Below, one piece after another: positions 1-8,492 of a stretch of DNA of 64,000 bases. Source of the stretch: Vicinamibacterales bacterium. GTDB taxonomy: Bacteria > Acidobacteriota > Vicinamibacteria > Vicinamibacterales > UBA8438. Positions within the stretch are counted from its first letter, which is position 1. Every line of letters begins with the position of its first letter. The notes below the pieces were generated by a model, which was given only the letters and a program-made list of their open reading frames with translations, searched no databases and was not told the DNA's origin. The position numbers and the translations under genes are program-made. The DNA lies in the NCBI GenBank assembly GCA_965214865.1, contig CBDCCN010000001.1:451747-515746 (forward strand), in the 5' to 3' direction.

Positions 1-262
1 AGCGCCACCCGCAGGATTCCGACACACCCGCCAGCCGCGAACGCTTCAGGTCGTGCCGACCGACGTAACGATGCGTGATCCTTGACGCCGACACCGGGGC
101 GACGTACGGTTCCGTCCGTGGGACCCGACGACGCTGGGCGTATCGTGAATCGGACTGTGACTCGATCGCAGCGAAGCGAGCTGCCGGCCGACCGCAGGAT
201 CTGATGGATGTCGACTCCCTCTCAGCGGCAAAGGACGCCGAGACCCCGCAAGGAAGCAGCGA

Positions 263-1276
263 TCACTCGCGCCCCCGAGCAGCGGCCTCCGCCGCCCGGC
301 GCTCCTCCTCCCGCGCCCCGGCCAGGATGTTCGTCAGGCCGTAGTTCCCCTCGTGGCAGGCGTGCTCGAAGATGGGGCCGATGGTCCGCTTCATCGGCAT
401 CTCGGCCGTCCACGCCATGTCCCACGTCTCCGGGTCCTCCACCGTGAAGCGGTAGATCAGGGTGTCGTCGGCCACGCGGGTGAACCGTTCGGTGACCCGG
501 AGGGCCGGGCCGGAGCCGCGGAACGGGTTCTTGCCGTTGAAGTTGGCGGTCTCGACGACCAGAGTGTCGCCCTCCCAGCGGCCGCGCGACCGACCCATCC
601 ACCCCCGGGCGCCGGCCGGCGGCGCCGGGCGGCCGTCGAGCGGGATGATGCGCGCGTCATGGATCATCTCGACGAGGACCATGACGTAGTCGCGGTTCTG
701 GACGATGTGGTAGTTGCTGTTGTAACCGGCGTTCATCATCGGCGGTCCGGCGCCCCGCATGATGATGCAGCGGGCCCCGAGCGGCAGGTTCTCCGCCCGG
801 TCGTACTGCCCGCCGCGCGCCTCGCGGGCCGCCCGGCGCTCCTCGGCGCGGCGTCGCCCCTCCGCGTTCACCGCCGGGATTCTGCCGTCCGGCGGCTCGA
901 TGATCAGCGACGTCCGCAGGTTGCGCGCGAAGGTCGACTGGCTCCGGTCGAGCCCGAACTGCGTGAAGTCGTAGTGCACGTCCGGAATCGTGCCGGGGGT
1001 GGTCTGCGATGCCTCGCGCTCGGCCCTCCCCTGCTCGATGGCGGCCGCCTCCTCCGGCGTGTAGAACGCCTTGGTCACCGACGCGGGCCGTTCCAGCGGC
1101 GTGTACGTCTGGTTGGTCCAGAAGCCCTGCAGGTCCGGCTGGTCGTCCGGTGTCCGGGGCGCGGTGTAGGTCTGCCCCGCCGCCTCGCCAGCCGCTGCCG
1201 ACGGCCCCTTACCCGCAGCGGGGACGGCGGCCAGAGCGGTCACGATCCCGGCCGATACGAGAGCGCGATGGTTCAT
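263..1276 (-). CDS. exported conserved hypothetical protein, paralog A (C-terminal FEHACHEGNY motif)
   Basis: Track ORF 263..1339(-). I place the start at ATG 1276, with AAGGAG just upstream on the coding strand, which gives a signal-like N-terminus MNHRALVSAGIVTALAAVPAAG. Amino-acid composition is diverse, unlike the shadow frames. It is colinear with the 2672..3670 product (PPDGR(I/L)P, RCI..G..GPPM, H(D/N)ARIIP, WEG(D/E)TLV, FE(H/Y)ACHEGNY). Function not recognised. Confidence 0.7.
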   Translation of the reverse strand: MNHRALVSAGIVTALAAVPAAGKGPSAAAGEAAGQTYTAPRTPDDQPDLQGFWTNQTYTPLERPASVTKAFYTPEEAAAIEQGRAEREASQTTPGTIPDVHYDFTQFGLDRSQSTFARNLRTSLIIEPPDGRIPAVNAEGRRRAEERRAAREARGGQYDRAENLPLGARCIIMRGAGPPMMNAGYNSNYHIVQNRDYVMVLVEMIHDARIIPLDGRPAPPAGARGWMGRSRGRWEGDTLVVETANFNGKNPFRGSGPALRVTERFTRVADDTLIYRFTVEDPETWDMAWTAEMPMKRTIGPIFEHACHEGNYGLTNILAGAREEERRAAEAAARGRE

Positions 1277-1401
1277 CTCGAATCTCCTTCTCGCTGGTTC
1301 TCGCGGGGCGCGCATCCAGCCCCGCGGTTCAGCCGCCACGCAATCGATCCCGCGCCACTCGCCATCGAAGACGAGATGCGGCCGGCCATCGGACGATCCC
1401 G

Positions 1402-2466
1402 TTACTCGTCGAAGTGGACCTCCGCGATCGCGATCCCGCTCTCGCCCGCCACGGCGTACAGCAGGAAGATGCGGCCGCCGGCGGCGTCCTCGAAGATCGC
1501 GGGATCGCGGAGCTGGTTGACGTGCCCGTAGGCGGTGCTCCGGACGGACGGCTCCAGCGGCGCGTCGGCGCCCTCCCAGTCGAACTCCGGCCGCAGCACT
1601 TCGATGCCCGGCGTCTCCGTCCAGGTCATCCAGTCGCCGGAAAGATCAATCGTGCTCAGCTTGATGTGCTCCGGCGCCTCGTCCACCTGCGTCCAGAAGA
1701 CGTAGAGGGTGTCGTCCCGCTTCAGCAGCGCCGCGTGGCGCATGCCCGGGTTGAACAGCAGCGGCCCTTCCTCGAAACCGCTCAGCGGATCCCGCGACCG
1801 GTAGAACTGACCCGGCATCGACATGGCATAGGCATAGCCTTCGTGCGCGAACACGCGCATGTAGGTCCGGCCGAGACGCTCCGGCCGCGCCTGGAAGCGG
1901 ATGCCGTCGGGCGAGGTCGCCACGCGCGTCACCTGCGTGCTCACGCCGTCCAGGCCGTGGAAGTACATGACGATGCGGCGGTTGGCGTCGTCCACGTGCA
2001 CGTCCGGGGAAGCGATGTGGGGCGTCGTCGCCTCGAACAGACCGTCGTGCGACATCGGCACGCCGCGGCGCTCCTGCGACGCGCGCAGCCGGGCCGCGAT
2101 TTCCGGGGCGACCTCCGGCGGCTCGGTCAGGAAGTGCGAATCGGCGATCTGCAGGCTGCCGGGCGGGTGGATGGTCCACGGCCCGAGCAGGTCGTCGGAG
2201 TACGCCAAGCGGATGTACAGCCCCTTGTGGTCGGCGAAATAGAGGTAGTAGGCCCCGAGCGGGTCCTCGACCCACTCGGGAACCTCGATCAGGGACGGGC
2301 CCTGGATGTTCACGCCAATGCTCGGGTGCAGAGCAGGCGTGATGATCGGCCGGTCCAGGAGGCGCTCGACGCGCACCTCCGGATCTGTCGTCTGAGCGCC
2401 TACCGCGGCGGCGCCGAAAGCCATCGCCACGGCCGCGGCCACGACAAGCGTTCGCATCGTCGTCAC
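1402..2466 (-). CDS. exported beta-propeller glycoside-hydrolase-like protein (GH43/GH32/GH117-type fold suspected)
   Basis: Track ORF of 354 aa with a GTG start at 2466 and signal peptide TTMRTLVVAAAVAMAFGAAAVGAQ. Blocks YYLYFADHKG, LLGPWTIH, VMYFHG and RDPAIFEDAAGGRIFLLY resemble five-bladed propeller hydrolases from memory. Family assignment is unverified. Confidence 0.55.
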   Translation of the reverse strand: MTTMRTLVVAAAVAMAFGAAAVGAQTTDPEVRVERLLDRPIITPALHPSIGVNIQGPSLIEVPEWVEDPLGAYYLYFADHKGLYIRLAYSDDLLGPWTIHPPGSLQIADSHFLTEPPEVAPEIAARLRASQERRGVPMSHDGLFEATTPHIASPDVHVDDANRRIVMYFHGLDGVSTQVTRVATSPDGIRFQARPERLGRTYMRVFAHEGYAYAMSMPGQFYRSRDPLSGFEEGPLLFNPGMRHAALLKRDDTLYVFWTQVDEAPEHIKLSTIDLSGDWMTWTETPGIEVLRPEFDWEGADAPLEPSVRSTAYGHVNQLRDPAIFEDAAGGRIFLLYAVAGESGIAIAEVHFDE

Positions 2467-2478
2467 GTCGTCACCCCG

Positions 2479-2656
2479 TCACCCCTCCAGCGCTTCCCTG
2501 CGGTTGAACGCCGGCGCCTCCCGAAGGGTTGTCTTCAGGGCCTCCAGAAGCTCGGCTTCCGAAGCTTCCTGACAGCTTGACCTCGGGTACCTCCTCAATC
2601 CAGCCGATCCACCACCGCCCGGACTGCTTCATGACCGCCGTACAGGTGTCCTTCAT
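2479..2656 (-). pseudogene. hicB: HicB-like (UPF0150) antitoxin, frame-disrupted; no hicA partner
   Basis: The N-terminus MKDTCTAVMKQSGRWWIGWIEEVPEV is typical of HicB-family antitoxins. After ~2575 the family-like continuation CQEASEAELLEALKTTLREAPAFNRREALEG* lies in another frame, with its stop at 2479-2481. Removing one base in gaggtcaaGctgtcag restores a ~58-aa ORF. Confidence 0.6.
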
Positions 2657-2671
2657 GGCGCGCCCAACCGG

Positions 2672-3670
2672 TCACGGCCGGAGCTCGCGGCCCAGGCTCT
2701 CGAGACGCCGCGCCCCGGCGAGGATCCCGTACAGCCCGTAGTTCCCTTCGTGGCAGGCGTACTCGAAGAGCGGCCCGTCCGTCCGGCGGAACGGCATCAT
2801 CACCGTGTACGGCGCGGTGTAGACCGTCGGGTCCGTCACGGTGAACTCGTAGGCGACGGTGTCCGGGTCGATGCGGGTCAGCCGCTCGATCAGGTGCATG
2901 TCCGGCCCCGTGCCGCCGCTCTGCCCGCCCCGGAACTGCGTGGTCTCGATGACCAGGGTCTCCCCTTCCCAGTGCGCGCGGGACACGCCGGCGTACTGCC
3001 GGAACGGCGGCTTCGCGGTGTCGCTGTCGATCGGGATGATCCGCGCGTTGTGCACCATCTCGTTGAGAATGGTCACGTAACCCGGCGTCTGGAACACCAT
3101 CACGTTGTTGTTGTACGCGCTCGACCGCATCGGGGGACCCGAGTTGAAGCCCATGATGCAGCGGTCGGCGAGGCTGCGGTTCTCGTAGGAGTCGTAGCGG
3201 TGCTCCTCCTGGTAGGCGCGGCGCTGCGCCGCGGCCCGGACCGCGGCCTCGGTCCGCGGGGGCAGCCGGCCGTCGGGCGGGTCCACGATCAGCGACGTCC
3301 GCTTGTCGGAGGTCAGCTCGATGCCCCGTTCGTACCAGAACTCGTTGTAGGAAAGCACGCCACCCTCCGAACGCGGGCGGTAACCGGCCGCGCCCTTCTC
3401 GGGGTCGAAGAGGTCGCGGTTCAGCCGCACACGCTCCGCCGCCTCGAACGCGGCCGCGTCCTCCAGGGAGAGCCGCTCCCGTCCCTCGAACTGCGCGGGC
3501 CGCTGGAACGGCGTCAGGGTGCGGAACGTGAAGGTGCCGGACACGTCCGGCTGGCCGTCCGGCGTCCGCATCGGCATGGTGCGCTCCCCGGACTGGGCCG
3601 CAGCCGGCGGCGCCGCGAGCGCGAACACGACGGTCAGAACGAAGAACGCCGCGAGAGATTTCCTGAGCAT
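2672..3670 (-). CDS. exported conserved hypothetical protein, paralog B (C-terminal FEYACHEGNY motif)
   Basis: Track ORF 2672..3772(-). Start moved to ATG 3670, preceded by AAGGAGG. Signal peptide MLRKSLAAFFVLTVVFALAAPPAAAQ. Colinear with the 263..1276 product. Confidence 0.75.
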   Translation of the reverse strand: MLRKSLAAFFVLTVVFALAAPPAAAQSGERTMPMRTPDGQPDVSGTFTFRTLTPFQRPAQFEGRERLSLEDAAAFEAAERVRLNRDLFDPEKGAAGYRPRSEGGVLSYNEFWYERGIELTSDKRTSLIVDPPDGRLPPRTEAAVRAAAQRRAYQEEHRYDSYENRSLADRCIMGFNSGPPMRSSAYNNNVMVFQTPGYVTILNEMVHNARIIPIDSDTAKPPFRQYAGVSRAHWEGETLVIETTQFRGGQSGGTGPDMHLIERLTRIDPDTVAYEFTVTDPTVYTAPYTVMMPFRRTDGPLFEYACHEGNYGLYGILAGARRLESLGRELRP

Positions 3671-3828
3671 CTTCCAGCCTCCTTGCGCCGGCGACAGCCG
3701 GCGCCCTCTCGACCGATCACAGTAGACGCGGGCGCGTCCGAACGCAAGCGTCCCGATCGCCCTGCTCCACACCGTCCGGATGCCGCCCGTGCCTCAATCC
3801 TCCTCCTCCACACGGTCCGGATGCCGCG

Positions 3829-4250
3829 TCATCCAGGTCGTGACGGCGCCATCATCTCGTCGATGTCGCCGATCCGCCGCGTGAGGAGCTCGTGCAACTC
3901 GGGCGCCGTGACCTCGCCGTACCCATGCACCAGACGGTTGCGATAACGGGCCATCAGCACCAGCCGTTCCGACTGCTCCCGCGACACGACCTGCACCTCT
4001 CCGAGTTGGCGCGCGACCTCGGCGGACTCCGACGGACCGCGCGCGAATCCCTTGGCCAGCATGTGCCGGGCGATGTCCAGCAGCGCCTCGAGCGCCCGGC
4101 GCAGGTACGACTCGCCCGCGGCCACCATCCGCGGATCGCGGTGAAGTCGTCGAGGTCGTCCAGCGGCAACGTGCCGGCCTCGTCGAGCAGGCGGCGGATG
4201 AGGGCCACGCGGTCGGCGACGACCGCGCGGCTGACTCGCCCGGCAGTCAT
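3829..4250 (-). pseudogene. hepT: HepT (DUF86) toxin of an MntA-HepT pair, single frame disruption (or assembly indel)
   Basis: RNRLVHGY (Rx4HxY) motif. The first 38 codons from ATG 4250 (MTAGRVSRAVVADRVALIRRLLDEAGTLPLDDLDDFTA) are in one frame. The remaining ~100 codons (DPRMVAAGESYLRRALEALLDIARHMLAKGF...) are in another. One base appears missing near 4134-4140. ATGA overlap (4247-4250) with the mntA stop. Confidence 0.75.
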
Positions 4251-4642
4251 GTCGCGGGCGCGAGCAGCATCGCGCGGCGCGCCCTCTCGTACGGCAGCAG
4301 GTCGCCGGCGCGCCGCAGCACGTACAGATCGAAGAGGTCCGCGTCGAGCTCGCGCCTGGCGAAGATCCGGTCGCCGCGCACGATGGCCAGCGCCAGAAAC
4401 GGGGTGGCCCGCGCCGCGTCGACCAGATCGACGGGTGCACGTGTCGCCAGGTGCAGGGTTTCTTCCAGAGCGAGGGTCTTCCCGGTCGGCTGACGCGAAC
4501 CGTAGAGCACGCCCACGTCCAGATCCGAGTCCGGGCGCGCCGTCCCGTCTACTCGCGATCCGAACACGTACAGTGCGCACACGTCGCGGTCGTGTTCGGC
4601 GACGGCCCGGAGGGACCGCGTCGCACCTTCCGGCAACGGCAT
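4247..4642 (-). CDS. mntA: MntA-type minimal nucleotidyltransferase antitoxin
   Basis: Start moved to ATG 4642 within track ORF 4247..4831. NTase motif YVFGSRVDGTARPDSDLDVGVL (GS..DxD). 4-nt overlap with the downstream hepT. Confidence 0.8.
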   Translation of the reverse strand: MPLPEGATRSLRAVAEHDRDVCALYVFGSRVDGTARPDSDLDVGVLYGSRQPTGKTLALEETLHLATRAPVDLVDAARATPFLALAIVRGDRIFARRELDADLFDLYVLRRAGDLLPYERARRAMLLAPAT

Positions 4643-4868
4643 GCCGGAGTATACGCCCCCGACGACCCGCGTCGCGGCCGGTGAGGTACATACGCTGCTC
4701 GATGCGGCGACGATTGTCGCCGAACCTGTCGGGCTATCCTGCTCGTGGCGCCCGACCCTGTCGGACCCGCGGGACGACATGGTGGTGGAAACGGCAGTGA
4801 ACGGACAGGCGGACTTGCTGGTCACCTTCAATCTGCGGCACTTTCAGCCGGCGCCAAAGGACCTTTAG
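4641..4868 (+). pseudogene. 5'-truncated PIN-domain toxin remnant
   Basis: The C-terminal part of the 75-aa ORF (LSDPRDDMVVETAVNGQADLLVTFNLRHF) matches the C-terminal half of PIN_3/TIGR00305-like toxins. The N-terminal half is absent and that space is occupied by mntA on the opposite strand. Confidence 0.5.
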
Positions 4869-4932
4869 CTCTCGAGCGGGCCGGCGGCGGCCGACCGCCT
4901 GGACGGGGAGACGAGATGCCATGAACGGCGCC

Positions 4933-5006
4933 CCCGTCACGTCCTCTCACGACGGCGCCCGGAACGCCACCAGCGCTGCGGAGTTGATGCCGCCCACGGC
5001 GCGGTT
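4933..5006 (-). repeat. diverged 74-bp tandem copy of the 3' end of the PQQ dehydrogenase gene (relic ...NRAVGGINSAALVAFRAPS*)
   Basis: 4933-4975 matches 5007-5049 with 3 mismatches (cccgtcacgtcctctca(c/t)gacggc(gc/ag)ccggaacgccaccagcg). Weaker similarity continues for ~30 nt. The relic keeps its own stop codon (4947-4949) and the same 14 nt that follow the functional stop. Confidence 0.8.
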
Positions 5007-5020
5007 CCCGTCACGTCCTC

Positions 5021-7063
5021 TCATGACGGCAGCCGGAACGCCACCAGCGAGGGCGACTCGCCGCCGACGGTGAGTGCGATGTACTGCCGGCCGTCCAGCA
5101 GGTAGGTCATCGGCGTCCCGATGGCCCCGCCCGGCAGATCTATCGCGGCCAGGGCCTCGCCGGACGCCTTGTCGTAGGCGACGAGCTGCGGCCCGTCGTC
5201 CGCACCGCCGGCGGTCAGCGCCTGCACGAGCAGGGTCTTCGTCAGCAGCGGGCCGTTCCGGCCGCTGTCTCCGCCCAGCGGGGGCAGATCGAGGTGGCGC
5301 AGCAGCGGGTGGTTGCGGATGCGGTCGCCGTCGCCGAGGGGCGTCATCCAGAGGTGCTCCCCCGTGTTCATGTCGATGGCGGTCATCCGCGAGTACGGCG
5401 GCTTCCAGAGCGGCAGGCCCTGCGGCATGACCGGCGTCCGCCGCGGATTGCCGCCGTCGAGGAACGGCGCCCCGCCGCGGCTCAGGACGTACCGCAGGGT
5501 CGAATCCTCGCCCGGGGCCGGCTCGCGGAACCGCATCACCGAGTGGGCGTTCCGTGACGGGACATAGAGGACGCCGGTCTCCGGATCGACGGCCGCCCCG
5601 CCCCAGCTCGCCCCGCCGCCGGCGCTCGGGCGGAAGATCGTGCCGTCGAGGGACAGGGGCGTGTACAGCGGACCGAGGCGGAAACCCTCCACCGCCTCCA
5701 CCGCCATCCGGCGGACCTCCGGCGTGAAGTCGATGAGGTCGTCGAGGGTCGCGCCCTGGTATTCGAACGGGGCCGGCCGCGTCGGAAACGGCTGCGTCGG
5801 CGACAGCACCTCTCCTTCCAGGTCCGTGTCGGTCGCCACCGGCCGCTCTTCGATCGGCCAGATAGGCTCGCCGGTCACCCGGTCGAAGGCATAGACGAAG
5901 CCCTGCTTCGTCACCTGCGCCAGCGCCTTCACCCGGCGCCCGTCGACGGTGACGTCCAGCAGGTTGGGACCGGTCGGGTTGTCGTAGTCCCAGACGCCGT
6001 GGCGCACCATCTGGAAGTGCCAGACCCGCTGCCCGGTCTCCAGGTCGACGCAGACGAGGCTCTCCGCGAACAGGTTGTCGCCGATCCGGTGCCCGCCGTA
6101 GTAGTCCGAGGTCGGCGTGCTGGTCGGCAGGTAGACGTAGCCGAGCTCGGGGTCCGCCGCGATGCTGCCCCAGACGTTGGTGTTGCCGGAGTAGCGCCAC
6201 GCTTCGTCCAGCCACGTGTCGGAGCCGAACTCGTCGGCGCTCTGCGGCACGGTGTGGAAGTCCCACTTGTGCCGGCCGGTGCGGGCGTCGTAGGCGCGGG
6301 CGAACCCCGGCGCGTTCTCCCTCCCGAGCAGGTAGTCGTGCACCGACGAGCCGACGATGATCGTGTCGCCCACCACCAGCGGCGGCGAACGGGACGGCGG
6401 CGGCAGCCGGCTGGGGTTCTCGCGCGCCCGCGGGATGCCCTCCTCCAGGCTCACGCGCCCGTTGTCGCCGAAGTCCGTGGCCGGCAGACCCGTCCGCGCG
6501 TCGACCGCCGTCAGGTAGCCGTCGCCGGTGCCCCAGATGATGCGCGCCTCGTCGCCGTCCTCCCACCAGGCCACCCCGCGGTGGTTCCAGGGAGACGGCA
6601 GCGGCGGGCTGCCGGCCTCGTAGACGCGCGGGTTGTGGATCCAGAGCGTCTCCCCGGTGCGTGCGTCGACCGCCGCCGCCTGGTACAGCGGCGTCGCCAA
6701 GTACAGCACGCCGTCCACCATGAGCGGTGTCGCCGACAGGCGTGCGATGCCCGGCCGGGTCACCCAGAGATCCGGATTCGCCGCCTCGAGGCGCTCGAAG
6801 ACCGTCTCGGCCGCGACGAGGGAAACGCCGCTCTCGTCCTCGACCGGCAGATGCGTGTCGGCGGTGCGCCAGCGCCACGCCAGCTCCAGATCCGCGAAGT
6901 TGTCGCCGTCGATCTGGTCGAGCGGCGCGTACTTCGTGCCCCAGGCGTCGGCGGCATAGGTGCGCCACTCGCCCCCGGCGGCGCCCTGCTGTGCCCCGGC
7001 GGGCGCGGCCGCCAGCCACGCGACCAGCAGCGCGCCCCCCAGGATCCCTGTACTCCGGCTCAT
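5021..7063 (-). CDS. PQQ-dependent dehydrogenase, glucose/quinate-dehydrogenase-like, periplasmic
   Basis: Start at ATG 7063 within track ORF 5021..7573. Signal MSRSTGILGGALLVAWLAAAPAGAQQ. 680 aa with PQQ-propeller blocks (ATPLMVDGVLYLATP, DARTGETLW, NVWGSIAADPELGYVYLPT, HGVWDYDNP, GGASWGGAAVDPETGVLYV). Confidence 0.85.
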   Translation of the reverse strand: MSRSTGILGGALLVAWLAAAPAGAQQGAAGGEWRTYAADAWGTKYAPLDQIDGDNFADLELAWRWRTADTHLPVEDESGVSLVAAETVFERLEAANPDLWVTRPGIARLSATPLMVDGVLYLATPLYQAAAVDARTGETLWIHNPRVYEAGSPPLPSPWNHRGVAWWEDGDEARIIWGTGDGYLTAVDARTGLPATDFGDNGRVSLEEGIPRARENPSRLPPPSRSPPLVVGDTIIVGSSVHDYLLGRENAPGFARAYDARTGRHKWDFHTVPQSADEFGSDTWLDEAWRYSGNTNVWGSIAADPELGYVYLPTSTPTSDYYGGHRIGDNLFAESLVCVDLETGQRVWHFQMVRHGVWDYDNPTGPNLLDVTVDGRRVKALAQVTKQGFVYAFDRVTGEPIWPIEERPVATDTDLEGEVLSPTQPFPTRPAPFEYQGATLDDLIDFTPEVRRMAVEAVEGFRLGPLYTPLSLDGTIFRPSAGGGASWGGAAVDPETGVLYVPSRNAHSVMRFREPAPGEDSTLRYVLSRGGAPFLDGGNPRRTPVMPQGLPLWKPPYSRMTAIDMNTGEHLWMTPLGDGDRIRNHPLLRHLDLPPLGGDSGRNGPLLTKTLLVQALTAGGADDGPQLVAYDKASGEALAAIDLPGGAIGTPMTYLLDGRQYIALTVGGESPSLVAFRLPS

Positions 7064-7128
7064 CGGACGCGCGCTCCTGTCGATGTCGCTCTCCCGCGGA
7101 ACGGTGCACACCCCCGCGCCGACGCGGG

Positions 7129-7935
7129 CTACTTGAGATCGGCGAACGACACGTCGCGCGCCCGGAACGCCGCGGTCAGCAGGCGGCCCGCGTTCACCGC
7201 GGCCGGCCAGCCAGCGTAGAAGGTGACGTGCAGGACCACTTCGGACAGCTCCTGCGGGGTGACGCCGTTCTGGTCGAGAGCGCGGTCGATGTGCAGCCGC
7301 AGTTCGTTGGTGACGTACAGGGCCTGATTCACCGCCACCGTGACGAGGCTGCGGTCGCGCTTCGACAGCAGCGGCCGTTCCCAGATGTCGCCATAGAGCA
7401 GGCTGTTGCGCAGCGCGCCGAGCCGCGGCGCCGCCGCGTACGCGTCGCTCAGCCCGCCGGGCGTCGTGATCGCCTCCGGCAGATCCGGCGCGCGCGGCAG
7501 GTCGCCCAGCGTCAGCCCCCGCGCCTCGAACGCCTCGGCCGCCGTCAGCGACGCCTGCACCCCGGTCGGCCACCCCGCGTAGAAGGTGACGTGCAGGATG
7601 ATCTCGGAGATCTCCTCCGGCGTCAGTCCGTTGTCGAGGCCGCGCGGGACGTGAATCGCAAGCTCCTCCCGCGCCAGGGCCTGGAGGGCCGCGATCGTGA
7701 TCAGGCTCCGGTCCCGTTTCGACAGGTAGGGACGCTCCCAGATCTCGCCGTAGACCAGCGAGTTCCGGAGTTCACGCAGATACGGGGAGCCGGCGTACAG
7801 ATCGGGCGCCGGGAGGGCCGGCGCAGCGGTCTGCTGCGCCGCCGCGGGCGCGGCGCCGACCGTCGGGTGTCCCAGGACGCCGGCGAACGCCACGGCGGCG
7901 GCGGCCAGGAGGTTGGCTGGACGTGATTTCTTCAT
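7129..7935 (-). CDS. exported tandem carboxymuconolactone-decarboxylase (AhpD-like) family protein
   Basis: Start at ATG 7935 (GGGGAG upstream) inside the artificial 919-aa track ORF. Signal MKKSRPANLLAAAAVAFAG. Two repeats of the CMD pattern (WERP.LSKRDRSL(I/V)T(I/V)A, HVTFYAGWP). Confidence 0.8.
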   Translation of the reverse strand: MKKSRPANLLAAAAVAFAGVLGHPTVGAAPAAAQQTAAPALPAPDLYAGSPYLRELRNSLVYGEIWERPYLSKRDRSLITIAALQALAREELAIHVPRGLDNGLTPEEISEIILHVTFYAGWPTGVQASLTAAEAFEARGLTLGDLPRAPDLPEAITTPGGLSDAYAAAPRLGALRNSLLYGDIWERPLLSKRDRSLVTVAVNQALYVTNELRLHIDRALDQNGVTPQELSEVVLHVTFYAGWPAAVNAGRLLTAAFRARDVSFADLK

Positions 7936-8492
7936 GATCGATGCTCCCCGGCGATCCGGAAACCTCGGTTTCGGCATCCTGCCGGCCCCGTCCGTTCGAC
8001 CCTTTCCGCGGGCGACCCACGGCGGCTGCATTTCCTGTCGTGCGGCGCGCGGCCGGTGAAGGACGACTACCCACCGCCACGCGCCCACGTTCTCCGCGAC
8101 AAGCTTGTCGGCTTGCGTGATCCCGTCATCGAAGAGCGTACTGTATTCCATGAGCCGCGGCATCCAGCGAGCCACACCACGGCGTCTCGTGTTGCACACC
8201 GGCGGGCATGGCGATGGGATCACCAGTCGCGGCACGCGGCCGGACACGGTGTTCGGCATCGCGATCGCTCCGGACCGCATCACTGTCGACGAGTGACCGG
8301 ACCGCCAGTCCGATCGCCTCCTCCATCCGTTCAGTGTAAACGGGTTGCGATGCGCCCGACTGCGCCGCCGGCCGGGCTGCCAGGTGACGAGCTTGTCGGT
8401 TCGGCGGTATGCCTTCGTTCGTCGTATCCTTCGCATCGCGTTCAACAAGGTAACCCGCTTCTCGGTGGCGTTCGGTGGCAAGCTGGTGACGG

